From NCBI GenBank assembly GCA_965277335.1, contig CBDICJ010000007.1:155780-219779 (forward strand): a DNA stretch of 64,000 nt, written 5' to 3'. The DNA comes from Edaphobacter sp. (lineage in GTDB: Bacteria > Acidobacteriota > Terriglobia > Terriglobales > Acidobacteriaceae). The notes beneath the pieces were generated by a model, which ran no database searches, was not told where the DNA came from, and was given only the letters and a program-made list of their open reading frames with translations. Positions 63,702 to 64,000 of the stretch are shown piece after piece (positions within the stretch are counted from its first letter, which is position 1; every line of letters begins with the position of its first letter). The translations under genes were made by a program, and so were the position numbers.

Positions 63702-64000
63702 GCTGGGATTCCCGCCTCTTCGAGCACCGCAGCAGCGCCGGTCGCGTCTGTGGCTAGAGGGCGCTTCTGCACCATCGTCAGCACGTCGTACTGCGCGATC
63801 AGTTTATCGTCTTGATTCGTGACCACCGCGTCCCAGCGCACCTCGCCGTAGTTCTCTGTTTCGCGAGGACTCTTCTGCTTGCAGGTCAGAATTACTTTGA
63901 GTGAGTCGCCTGGGAAGACCGGCGTCAAAAAGCGAAGATTGTCGACACCATAGTTTGCGAGCACCGGGCCTGGCGCGGGATCAACAAACAAGCCTGCTGC
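63698..64000 (-). CDS. paaZ: MaoC-like hydratase domain, probable C-terminus of PaaZ (5' part outside window)
   Basis: ..[41 protein letters not shown] is a hot-dog fold C-terminus. The stop overlaps the paaG start (ATGA). The ORF is open to the window edge. Confidence 0.6.
   Translation of the reverse strand, partial: AAGLFVDPAPGPVLANYGVDNLRFLTPVFPGDSLKVILTCKQKSPRETENYGEVRWDAVVTNQDDKLIAQYDVLTMVQKRPLATDATGAAAVLEEAGIPA

Noticed and set aside
52257-64000. glgE / treS-pep2 and the paaZ-G-H-K-J-Y block as candidates for novelty
   Set aside because: Both are well-known pathways with canonical gene content and order: GlgE alpha-glucan synthesis, and the lower part of the phenylacetate catabolon. 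Nothing unusual was seen beyond a module E repeat in the glgE-treS spacer.

Overview
High-GC chromosomal segment. Gene content and repeat load suggest an Acidobacteriota-like genome, but that is a low-confidence inference. About 45 protein genes are supportable. Housekeeping genes: rsmA (3' end), ruvC, thiG, an Omp85-TamB pair, ftsK, recQ, tsf-rpsB, rpsI-rplM. Metabolic genes: the GlgE alpha-glucan pathway (glgE, treS-pep2) and a phenylacetate block (paaZ', paaG, paaH, paaK, paaJ, paaY). Envelope and accessory genes: YihY/BrkB, CRTAC1/ASPIC-UnbV with a TPR protein, a DUF2339/DUF3999-like pair, two VOC genes, a REC-HPt plus NarL-type regulator pair, YpdA, an ABC-2 exporter, two large polytopic membrane proteins, an acyltransferase-3, and a propeller-GGDEF sensor. 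I saw no rRNA, tRNA or CRISPR array. Many six-frame ORFs are antisense shadows typical of high-GC DNA, or artificial 5' extensions of real genes through repeat DNA; these were trimmed or rejected. The most unusual property is non-coding. A modular family of palindromic repeats (modules A-E below) fills almost every intergenic gap over about 150 bp. One copy sits in frame inside a CDS, and others flank a two-gene VOC cassette. One palindromic repeat carries a decayed IS481-family element at its centre, and a second locus keeps a 35-bp scar of that IS end. Several accessory genes also carry in-frame oligonucleotide tandem repeats. All coordinates and identities were derived by eye from the sequence. 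Family names are recognised from motifs, not from searches.
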